The notes under the pieces are model-generated. The model saw nothing but the letters and a program-made list of their open reading frames with translations. It had not been told where the DNA came from and did not search any database. Shown piece after piece: positions 17,365-25,727 of a stretch of DNA of 32,000 bases. This DNA comes from an uncultured archaeon (GTDB taxonomy: Archaea > Asgardarchaeota > Thorarchaeia > Thorarchaeales > Thorarchaeaceae), in assembly GCA_964648855.1 (NCBI GenBank), contig CAZYLT010000008.1, positions 30,001 through 62,000 of the forward strand. Direction: 5' to 3'. Each line of letters begins with the position of its first letter. Within the stretch, counting starts at the first letter, position 1. The translations under genes were made by a program, and so were the position numbers.

Positions 17365-18792
17365 GTGTTGAACATAATTTCAGAATTGGTTGAATTGTTG
17401 GGTGAGCATTCTGTTTCGAGCGAGGTGGCTGAAAGATACGTCTACTCCTTCGACATGACCGAGAACAAGCCTCGTAAACCGCTGGCTGTTGTCATGCCTT
17501 CAACAGTTGATCAGGTGCAGAAAATAGTAGAATTAGCCAACCAGCAGCAGGTGCCTCTGGTTCCCTTCATAACAGGGCAAAACGTTGGTGGGCTTACGAT
17601 TCCTCAGGTAGATGATTCAGTTATTGTCGACCTCAAAAAGATGAAGCAAATAATTGAGATTGACGAGGATGCCATGTATGCTCTTGTTGAGCCTGGAGTG
17701 ACCTTTGGACATCTGAGACGGCACCTGGAATTGAATCATCCTGACCTTCGATATACCTACCCTCTAGCACCACCCTATACCTCAATCATGGCAAATGTTC
17801 TACTACAAGGTCTTTGTGATTTGTCCACAAAACATGGTGCGATGGGCGATTTCATTAATGGCCTCGAAGCCGTATTGCCAACCGGCGAAATCGTGAGGAT
17901 AGGCTCAGGAGCCAGTGGGAACAACAATTGGTTTACTAGATATCCCCTGCCTGACTTGGTTGGTTTATTCTCAGGTTGGCAAGGGATGACAGGAATTGTC
18001 ACAAAGATAGCAGTGAAGCTCTGGCCCAAACCTCCAATAATCAGACACGCAGCTTTGTTTACTTTTGGTGAGAATGAAACAACCGAACTGCTGAAGGAAC
18101 TGACTCGAACAGGTATCCTTGATGATGCGGATTGCATGTCGCTGAGCTTGGTAAAAATGTTGCTTGGTGCGGACTACCCCGTATCTGCCTTTGATGGGGA
18201 ACCTGACTATGCGACACTCTTAGCATTCTCTGGCAATTCTGAAGTTGAGGTCCTTGATAATTTACGCACAGCACGGAAGATTGTTGAAAGGCACTCGGAG
18301 ATTGAATCTAGACATCTCTTTGTAGATTGGGATGCTATCAAGAAACTCATGGGTTCGCAGGCTCGAGAGTGGGTTGATTTCCCCTCAGACGCCTTCAAAA
18401 TATTGGCTGAGTTTGATGGCCTGAGCTGGGTTGGCACTTACATCCACCCGAAAAACTGGGGTGCAGGCCTCATCAAGGGGCGCGAGATAGTGACCCGGCA
18501 CGGATTCGAGTTAATGGCGTTTCTAAAACCCATGGATGGTATGCACTACGGAGAGTTAAAATTCATAATACGATTCAGCAAAGAACCTGAAACGATGGAG
18601 CGAGTCCGCAACTGCAATGAAGAGTTGTTGGAATTGGCACTAAGCCTGGGTGCAATCCCGTACAAGACGCCGGTATGGGCAGCGAAGAAGCTTCATGATC
18701 ATATCGATCCCGAGTTTGTCAAACTGGTTCAACGAATTAAGAAGGCATTGGATCCTAATAACATTATGAATCCAGGGAGATGGGGTCTATGA
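17365..18792 (+). CDS. FAD-linked oxidoreductase (FAD_binding_4 + FAD-oxidase_C; VAO/PCMH/GlcD superfamily)
   Basis: PLAVVMPST, TGQNVGG, VEPGVT, GLEAVLPTG, GIVTKI, C-terminal DPNNIMNPG. Confidence 0.92.
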   Translation: MLNIISELVELLGEHSVSSEVAERYVYSFDMTENKPRKPLAVVMPSTVDQVQKIVELANQQQVPLVPFITGQNVGGLTIPQVDDSVIVDLKKMKQIIEIDEDAMYALVEPGVTFGHLRRHLELNHPDLRYTYPLAPPYTSIMANVLLQGLCDLSTKHGAMGDFINGLEAVLPTGEIVRIGSGASGNNNWFTRYPLPDLVGLFSGWQGMTGIVTKIAVKLWPKPPIIRHAALFTFGENETTELLKELTRTGILDDADCMSLSLVKMLLGADYPVSAFDGEPDYATLLAFSGNSEVEVLDNLRTARKIVERHSEIESRHLFVDWDAIKKLMGSQAREWVDFPSDAFKILAEFDGLSWVGTYIHPKNWGAGLIKGREIVTRHGFELMAFLKPMDGMHYGELKFIIRFSKEPETMERVRNCNEELLELALSLGAIPYKTPVWAAKKLHDHIDPEFVKLVQRIKKALDPNNIMNPGRWGL

Positions 18793-19928
18793 CGACGGAT
18801 GAATCAGTGATTGGCCAATATCTGCACCGTTGTATTCGATGCGGCAACTGCAAATTGGTTTTTCGAGATTATGTTCCGTCGTGTCCATCAGGAGAATTCT
18901 TTGGATTTGAAACGTATTATGCATCCGGAAGAATAAGGCTTGCACAAGCTCTAGAGAGAGGGGATATAGGTTGGGATTCATCTCTCCTCGTACCTCTCTT
19001 TGCTTGTACTGCATGTAGCAGCTGTGAAGAGCAGTGCCTATCCCCACATGCGCATGGAATAGTAGATATTATTGAGGAACTACGCAGAAGGGCTGTGGAC
19101 AAACTAGGTCCTTTGGCAGCTCATCAGAAGTTTGCTGACAATATTTTGCGAACTACTAATCCCTATGGTGAAAAGGTCAATCACCAAGAGCTTCGAGAGA
19201 TGCATGACCTTCCCGAATCCGCGGAAAATGTCTATTTTATCGGTTGTACAGCAAACTATAGAGAACAAGGAATTCGTGATGCCACCATATCGCTGTTGAA
19301 GAAAGCTGGAGTTGATTTCACAATTCTTGATGAGCAGTGCTGTGGTTCGCCACTCATCCGAACTGGACAGTTGAATAAGGCTGAAGGCGTGGCAACAAAA
19401 AACATAGAACTCTTTGATTCATCTGGCGCCTCGCGAATCTTGACCTCCTGCGCTGGTTGTTACAGGACTCTTGCGTCAGAATATCCAACTATGGCTAGAA
19501 ATAACGATTATGAGGTCTTACATATCTCACAATTTTTGGACTGGCTTATTGATTCAGGCAAGCTTCAATTCGAAGAATTGTTTCAGGATAAATCAATCAC
19601 ATATCATGACCCATGTCATCTGGGCAGGCATATGGGTGTCTATGAGGAACCGAGGCGAATTCTTTCGAACATGGGGGTTGAGATAATTGAGATGGAGAGC
19701 AACAAGGAAAATGCGTGGTGTTGTGGCTCTGGAGGAGGCGTAAAATCTGCATTCAAAGATATGGCATTAGAAACTGCACGAGAACGAGTCAGACATGCAC
19801 GGGCGATTTCAGCAGATATTCTGCTCTCAGCCTGCCCCTTCTGTAAGCTAAATCTATCTGATGGCGCGGAGGAAGAAGATATAGAGATTCTTGATTTGGT
19901 CGAGCTGATAGACCGCTTCGGAAGATGA
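18789..19928 (+). CDS. Fe-S oxidoreductase with 2x[4Fe-4S] and two CCG domains (GlcF/HdrD-like)
   Basis: CIRCGNC..CP, CTACSSCEEQC, FIGC..CCG..SCAGC, YHDPCHLGR..WCCG..SACPFC. ATGA overlap with the flavoprotein stop. Confidence 0.92.
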   Translation: MTTDESVIGQYLHRCIRCGNCKLVFRDYVPSCPSGEFFGFETYYASGRIRLAQALERGDIGWDSSLLVPLFACTACSSCEEQCLSPHAHGIVDIIEELRRRAVDKLGPLAAHQKFADNILRTTNPYGEKVNHQELREMHDLPESAENVYFIGCTANYREQGIRDATISLLKKAGVDFTILDEQCCGSPLIRTGQLNKAEGVATKNIELFDSSGASRILTSCAGCYRTLASEYPTMARNNDYEVLHISQFLDWLIDSGKLQFEELFQDKSITYHDPCHLGRHMGVYEEPRRILSNMGVEIIEMESNKENAWCCGSGGGVKSAFKDMALETARERVRHARAISADILLSACPFCKLNLSDGAEEEDIEILDLVELIDRFGR

Positions 19929-19930
19929 AT

Positions 19931-20470
19931 TTAGGTCTCTGATTTCATCTCATTTGCAGCTTTATCTCGGGTTTCTTCCACATCTTGAATCAATTCCTCG
20001 TAATGAACAACAAGTTCGGGATTGTCTTTTCGGATTGCGTACATTTTCGCCTGTTGAAGAGCTGCTAAGAGTTGAGAGGCTTCTTCATAGATATCTCGGG
20101 CTCTCTTTGCTCGTTTCTCGGGTTTGTATTCTGACTCATATTTCACAACTGCTTTTGCGACCTTCTCTCTACCTTTTGAGATTCTCTTTTCTATATTGTA
20201 AATACGGTCCTTTTCTTCTGGCTCTGGCACAGTCGTGCTAGGTTCTTTTTTTGAGATACCGAGAGCATTTCTAATGTCATCTTTGAAAAAGCTGAGTAGA
20301 AATCCAAAGAAAATAACGAAAACGCCTGCAAGAAATCCTTCAATACTCGAAAGAATGAAGGAGATGGCACTCACTAGTATCAGGAGAGTGATGAGTACAC
20401 CTATTCCTAGCAGCGTATCGCGGTCTAATCCCAATGTCAACAATCCCTCTGCAAATCTGGTGAATCGCAA
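19931..20470 (-). CDS. Hypothetical protein with 2 N-terminal TM helices and a charged helical bundle
   Basis: Two hydrophobic segments followed by K/E-rich amphipathic helices. TTG start is uncertain. Confidence 0.7.
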   Translation of the reverse strand: MRFTRFAEGLLTLGLDRDTLLGIGVLITLLILVSAISFILSSIEGFLAGVFVIFFGFLLSFFKDDIRNALGISKKEPSTTVPEPEEKDRIYNIEKRISKGREKVAKAVVKYESEYKPEKRAKRARDIYEEASQLLAALQQAKMYAIRKDNPELVVHYEELIQDVEETRDKAANEMKSET

Positions 20471-20534
20471 ATGTTTGAAGTACTTTTCTATAACTCACAT
20501 TCAGTAAGCTGAGGGTTGTCAAAGCGTCCGTTGA

Positions 20535-21527
20535 TTACCTTGGCTTGAAGTGAATTCCCCATTCAACGACATCTTGTGCGGTTGATTCGAGGTCCCATTT
20601 CGGTTCATATCCCAGTTGCTCATTTGCTTTTGACCAATCTATCTGATATTCGCTACCGAACATTTTGACTCGGAAGGATGTAATTAGTGGTGCATTTCCC
20701 CGGCCAAAAACTTCGTAGAGTTTTGCTGCAAATCCTCCAACTCCAACACCTAAGGAATAGGGTATATTTTGAAAATCGGGTTCAACACGAAGCTCGTTGG
20801 CAAATGCCTCTAGCAATTCTCGAAACTCACAGGTAAATGACCCGACATTGAATGCCTCGTTTGCTGAGGTTTGTATTTGCTCTCCTGCGAGAACCAAGCA
20901 TCTTGCGAAATCTTCGGCATGTACATAGGTTTGTATATTGTCTCCCCCGCCAAAGACAACCATATTTCCGTCTTTTATCCTTTCAAGGATTTGTGGTCCA
21001 GTGAACATATCACCTTCACCAAAAACGACAGGTGCTCTCACTGCTGAGGCCTTTAGACCGTATTCATCTGCCCGTTCGAAAACTATCCTCTCAGATTCAG
21101 CTTTTGATTTTTGGTATGCATTCATTGGGCTCCACTGTGTTTCCTCATCAACGGGTTCTTTCTTATTTGGAAATCCGTATACTGCGGTGGAAGAGGTCTG
21201 GATGAATCTTGGTACATCTTTTTTTCTACATTCTTCCAGAATATTCTCGGTACCACCCACATTCACAGGGAAATACTTCGATTTGCCTCCCCAGTCAGCC
21301 ATGATAGCGGCATTATGAAACATACAGTCTATGTCGGATGGGATTGCTTTATCTAGAGTATCAGGTTCCACTACATCCCCAATAACAGTTGTAATCGGGA
21401 GGTCCTCAATCAGCTGTAGATCTGAGCTTTCTCTGACCAGGACAAACACCTCGTGGTCAGCCTCAGAAAGAAGCCTAACGATATGACTGCCAACAAACCC
21501 TGTACCACCAGTTACAAAACATCTCAC
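20535..21527 (-). CDS. Extended SDR, NAD-dependent epimerase/dehydratase (3-beta-HSD/NSDHL/OleD-like)
   Basis: TGGTGFVG, FHNAA, TSSTAVYG, catalytic YQKSK, VRAPVVFGEGD. Confidence 0.9.
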   Translation of the reverse strand: MRCFVTGGTGFVGSHIVRLLSEADHEVFVLVRESSDLQLIEDLPITTVIGDVVEPDTLDKAIPSDIDCMFHNAAIMADWGGKSKYFPVNVGGTENILEECRKKDVPRFIQTSSTAVYGFPNKKEPVDEETQWSPMNAYQKSKAESERIVFERADEYGLKASAVRAPVVFGEGDMFTGPQILERIKDGNMVVFGGGDNIQTYVHAEDFARCLVLAGEQIQTSANEAFNVGSFTCEFRELLEAFANELRVEPDFQNIPYSLGVGVGGFAAKLYEVFGRGNAPLITSFRVKMFGSEYQIDWSKANEQLGYEPKWDLESTAQDVVEWGIHFKPR

Positions 21528-21666
21528 TAGCTCTTCACCATGTATGGATTTCTTCTGCTAGTCTTAGGTCTTTTGTTAGGCTTTTCGCCAAAGGTCAGAT
21601 TGCACTTGTATTCTATGCCAATTGATTTAACCAACACATGCACCCCGGGAAGATAGGTTGAGGTGA

Positions 21667-22875
21667 ATGTCCGGTTTTGCAGATAGTTCACTGGAGATGG
21701 AAGATGATAGATCTTACGTCTTACTGAACATGTCAGCTTACTTTATCTTCGCCATTGGGCCCATAGTTGGCAATGCTGTATTGGCTCAACTGAGTCTCAT
21801 AGCCGTCGATTTCGGCGTGGGTTCGACTTCAGTCCTATCAGCTATTCCTGCCTTCATGGTTCCTTTTGCAGTTATTCAGCTCTTCAGTGGTGCAATATCC
21901 GATGTTCGAGGAAGAATTCCAGTTATCATAGCTGGATTATCGACGTATCTAATCGGAAATACAATAATCGTTTTTTCTGCAACGCTTATTCAGTTTATAT
22001 TTGGAAATTTTCTGGGAGGGGTGGGTTTTGGATTTGTCAATCCTGTGCTGATTGCCGTATTGACTGATACTGCCAAGCGAAGTGAAGTTTCCAACCGAAT
22101 GGGGCTCCTAGGTGCTGTTGCGACAGGAAGCGTTGGGCTGGGCCCGGGAGTTGCAGGTCAACTCGCACTATTCGGATGGAGGAACTTCTATGTTTTGTTT
22201 ATCATTCTAACCTTCCTGGGAATGGCTGCAATGTGTATTGCAGAAAAGCCCGTAATGAGTATTTCACTGAGTACTACAGTTAGAGAAATGCTTGCTATTT
22301 TTGCGGAGGAGCTGCGAAAGCCTACTGTAATATTGCTGATGCTCGTGTCACTCTTAATTTCGGAAACATACGGTGCATTGTTCATTTGGACATCTAGGTC
22401 ACTGGCGGATTATGCTGAACCTGCACTTTCAGGTTTCATCCTATTGCTGCTGGGATTTTCAGGTGTCGTTGCTGGACTCTCAATGGGCCGCTTGGTTGAA
22501 CGATTCAGTCAAAAAACAGTTCTTTACACTGGTCTTCTATCCCTAGTGCTCTCCAATTTGGTTCTGATTTTATCCGTTGATTCCTCCGGGTCAGCAAGTC
22601 CGGGGATGATTGGAGCTGGAATCTTGATTCTGGGATGGGCTGGAGGAACACTATCTCCCAATATTAATGCTTACAGCCAAACTATTTCACCAGATCACCG
22701 AGGTGCTCTAGCCGGTATGGTGACATTTGCCCTCTTCACGGGGAGAGCACTTGTTCCTGTGCTTTTCGGGGGATTGTATGAGAGCAGCATTCGGCAGGTA
22801 TATCTTGCCATCCTAGTTGCGACAGGAATTCTGATTCTTCTTGTACTCCTGTTGGTTCGATCAGTCGAGAAATGA
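21667..22875 (+). CDS. MFS transporter (DHA1/efflux-like)
   Basis: About 12 TM, GAISDVRGRIPV motif A, GPGVAG..GWR, GRLVERF. Confidence 0.9.
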   Translation: MSGFADSSLEMEDDRSYVLLNMSAYFIFAIGPIVGNAVLAQLSLIAVDFGVGSTSVLSAIPAFMVPFAVIQLFSGAISDVRGRIPVIIAGLSTYLIGNTIIVFSATLIQFIFGNFLGGVGFGFVNPVLIAVLTDTAKRSEVSNRMGLLGAVATGSVGLGPGVAGQLALFGWRNFYVLFIILTFLGMAAMCIAEKPVMSISLSTTVREMLAIFAEELRKPTVILLMLVSLLISETYGALFIWTSRSLADYAEPALSGFILLLLGFSGVVAGLSMGRLVERFSQKTVLYTGLLSLVLSNLVLILSVDSSGSASPGMIGAGILILGWAGGTLSPNINAYSQTISPDHRGALAGMVTFALFTGRALVPVLFGGLYESSIRQVYLAILVATGILILLVLLLVRSVEK

Positions 22876-22884
22876 CGCCTATTG

Positions 22885-23106
22885 CTATTTGAGAGTGATG
22901 GCATCATTGGGACAGATATCAACACAGTCGCCACATCGAGTGCATAGGTCTGTAAATGCGACATCAACTCGCCACTCAGTAGGGTCATTGCTCACGTAGT
23001 CTGGGGAGTACATCATAAAGAGCGCAGACGGACAAATCTGAAGACACCGCTTGCATTCGCGAGGATCCCCACATCTTTCATAATTCACGATGATGTCTGT
23101 CTTCAT
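22885..23106 (-). CDS. 2[4Fe-4S] ferredoxin
   Basis: CGDPRECKRCLQICP and CTRCGDCVDICP. Alternative GTG start at 23115. Confidence 0.88.
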   Translation of the reverse strand: MKTDIIVNYERCGDPRECKRCLQICPSALFMMYSPDYVSNDPTEWRVDVAFTDLCTRCGDCVDICPNDAITLK

Positions 23107-23108
23107 TT

Positions 23109-23978
23109 TCACCACACCTCCGCCAGCGCAGGTATGGTGTTTCTATCAACCATATCGATTGCCGATTCTGGGCAGGCGGTGGCGCATAAACCGCATCCAA
23201 AGCACTTCCACTGATCAATGAACGGACGGTCCATCGAATCGGAAAACGTCAATGCACCAAATTGACACCGTGAGGCACACTCTCCGCAACCAGTGCACCT
23301 TGAAAAATCAACTTTGGCCATGTATTCACCCTTCCAGAGTGCTTGCAAGTCATAGTCCATTCTGATGCGTGTGGCCGCGCATTCAGGAAGCTCACAGCTG
23401 CATAGAGCTGCAATATACGGTGACGGCCCCATCCAGACCGTTTGAACCCGACCTGCGTCATTCATTGATGTAATGAAATCCTTTGCCTCGTCAATATGCA
23501 ATGGGTCTACCCCTGAATCAGGAATATATCGGGGAAGCTTCGGAACCATCTCCGCTAAGGCTCCGAACGCCAGGCAACAGGGGTCCTCAATTCCCCTTGT
23601 CATGTGTCGACATGCGCAATTTACGCGGATGATTGGCTCCGCCAGATTGAGAATCTTGTGGGCGTCCTCCAATGTAACAACTTGCCCGGGATGTCCCTCA
23701 GCTCTTCTGGGATTACGTCCTTTCAATGGTTTCTCTTTCGTGAACCATGAGTTGATGTACCAATGTACAGCTTTGCCAATAATCGGTATGCTGAATTTGT
23801 ATCCTGGGCCTCTAGCGGAGATGCCATAGATTTTCTGCAAGTACACTTTTTCGAATTGTTTCCACAACTCGAAGATATACTCATGTGCTCCTACGGCCTC
23901 TGCTGTTTCTTCAAGATAGTTCTTAGAGTTTAGATACCACTTTTTTCCCTGGCCATGCTTGTAGCACCACTCGCACAT
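23109..23978 (-). CDS. 4Fe-4S binding protein with additional Cys-rich domain
   Basis: N-terminal MCEWCYKHG, central CACR..CC..CSC...C, C-terminal CTGCGECASRC and CFGCGLCATACP. Confidence 0.88.
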   Translation of the reverse strand: MCEWCYKHGQGKKWYLNSKNYLEETAEAVGAHEYIFELWKQFEKVYLQKIYGISARGPGYKFSIPIIGKAVHWYINSWFTKEKPLKGRNPRRAEGHPGQVVTLEDAHKILNLAEPIIRVNCACRHMTRGIEDPCCLAFGALAEMVPKLPRYIPDSGVDPLHIDEAKDFITSMNDAGRVQTVWMGPSPYIAALCSCELPECAATRIRMDYDLQALWKGEYMAKVDFSRCTGCGECASRCQFGALTFSDSMDRPFIDQWKCFGCGLCATACPESAIDMVDRNTIPALAEVW

Positions 23979-24120
23979 GTAGCTGATTCCCCTTACTGAT
24001 ATGCTATCTCCTGATTATTGTAAAACCTACATATATTGGGTTCGATTTCTTCTCCCGTCAACTGAGGGAATCAGTTATGTCAAATTCTGGTTTTTGTGCA
24101 ATCTTCTGTAGAACCCGCAT

Positions 24121-25551
24121 CTATCCATGATGGTGATGATGGTCGTGTCCGCCATCAATTGGCGCAAGACTACCGAAGGCCCGTTGTACAACCTCTGGCA
24201 ATGCAGGATGGATATGAATAGAATCAAACATCGGAATGTACGTTCTCTCCGATGTATTCATGAGGTTTGTTATCTCCTGAATGAGAATGGGTGCATGGGG
24301 TCCAATGATGGAAGCTCCCAGAATCGTTCTCTCCTCTGCGTCGCAAATAACTCTCACAAACCCATCAGGATTTCCCATGGCTGTGCCTTTGGCGACACCA
24401 GTATATTCGGATCGCCCTACTAGCAGCTGTCGGTCCGCATTCTTGGCTTCACTCAGAGTCATGCCTACCGTTGCAATCTGCGGATGTGAGAAGACAGCGC
24501 GGGGAATCGCATGATAGATCATTTTGAAGAGCTCAGGTTCCTTTTCCTCAGCATCGATTGTTCTCATCAAATTATAATACACAATCTGAGACTGTTCATT
24601 TGCCACATGCCTGAACATGTATTTTCCGAGAGCATCTCCAAAGGCGAAAATACGGTCCTTTGAAGTTCTAAAATACTCGTCAGTCTTTATCCAACCTCTT
24701 TCATCAGTATCGACACCTGTCTTCTCAGGTTTCAGAATATCGGAATTTGACCGTCTTCCTGTGGCGATAAGGATGTGTCTTGCCTTGAACTCTGCTTCCT
24801 CTCCCGTGTCAGTATTCTTTGCAATGGCAATCTTCTGACTCCCTTTCTCCTTGACACTCACTACCTCATGGTTTGTGTAAACCCCCATTCGGTTTTCTAA
24901 GTGTTTCTTCAGAAGTTCAGACACATCATTGTCCTCATCCGGAACGAGGTACTCATTCCTGCCCAGAATAGTTACTTCTGTTCCAATAGCTGAGAAGAAA
25001 TGTCCGAATTCAGCGGCAATGTACCCTCCGCCCACAATAATCAGTGACTCAGGTTTCTCGTCCAGCCCTAGGATGGTCTTGTTGGTCAAATACTCAACAT
25101 CTTCTAAGCCATCTATTGGGGGAATGAGTGGTCGAGCTCCTGAAGCGAGAATAACATACTCGCCCTTGATTTCTTCTCCACCAATTTTCATGGTATAATC
25201 ATCAATGAACTCACCTGTGTCATTGTAGAAGTCATATGTTTCTACAGTACTAATGCTTTCTGCGATTTCGTCAGCCTCATGCCAAGTTTCTCTCCTCATT
25301 CTCTCCATAAGACTCTTGAAATCTACTCCTTTGACTTCAGCTTCAAGATTGATTCGACTTGAATGCTCAATATCCATAATCGTATCAGCAACATATGTTA
25401 GGATCTTGGTGGGAATACATCCCCTATTAAGACAGGTGCCCCCGAATCTTCCATTGTCGACAATTGCCACTTTCATCCCTTGCTCATAGGCAGATGCTGC
25501 AATATTAGACCCTGCGCCTGACCCAACAACTAGTAAATCATAATTCTTCAT
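24121..25551 (-). CDS. Class I pyridine nucleotide-disulfide oxidoreductase (mycothione reductase / dihydrolipoamide dehydrogenase-like) with His-rich tail
   Basis: VVGSGAG, GGTCLNRGCIPTK, GGGYIAAE, FAFGD, HPALPE, C-terminus GGHDHHHHHG. Confidence 0.92.
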   Translation of the reverse strand: MKNYDLLVVGSGAGSNIAASAYEQGMKVAIVDNGRFGGTCLNRGCIPTKILTYVADTIMDIEHSSRINLEAEVKGVDFKSLMERMRRETWHEADEIAESISTVETYDFYNDTGEFIDDYTMKIGGEEIKGEYVILASGARPLIPPIDGLEDVEYLTNKTILGLDEKPESLIIVGGGYIAAEFGHFFSAIGTEVTILGRNEYLVPDEDNDVSELLKKHLENRMGVYTNHEVVSVKEKGSQKIAIAKNTDTGEEAEFKARHILIATGRRSNSDILKPEKTGVDTDERGWIKTDEYFRTSKDRIFAFGDALGKYMFRHVANEQSQIVYYNLMRTIDAEEKEPELFKMIYHAIPRAVFSHPQIATVGMTLSEAKNADRQLLVGRSEYTGVAKGTAMGNPDGFVRVICDAEERTILGASIIGPHAPILIQEITNLMNTSERTYIPMFDSIHIHPALPEVVQRAFGSLAPIDGGHDHHHHHG

Positions 25552-25727
25552 GATAGTTAATCAGTTAGGTTGAAATCATAAGTCTGTTGGTCCGAAACAA
25601 ATAATGCATTTTGGTCAAGCTTTCCTCCTGTAGACTCTCTTTTATCATTCTTGAAGTACTAGAGCCAGAGAATTACAATTGGATGATTGTTTTGACCGGC
25701 TTTAGTTGAATAAATATCTCGTTCCGG

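Noticed and set aside
24038-24049. GGGTTCGATTTC resembling a tRNA T-loop
   Set aside because: No acceptor, D or anticodon stems can be formed around it.
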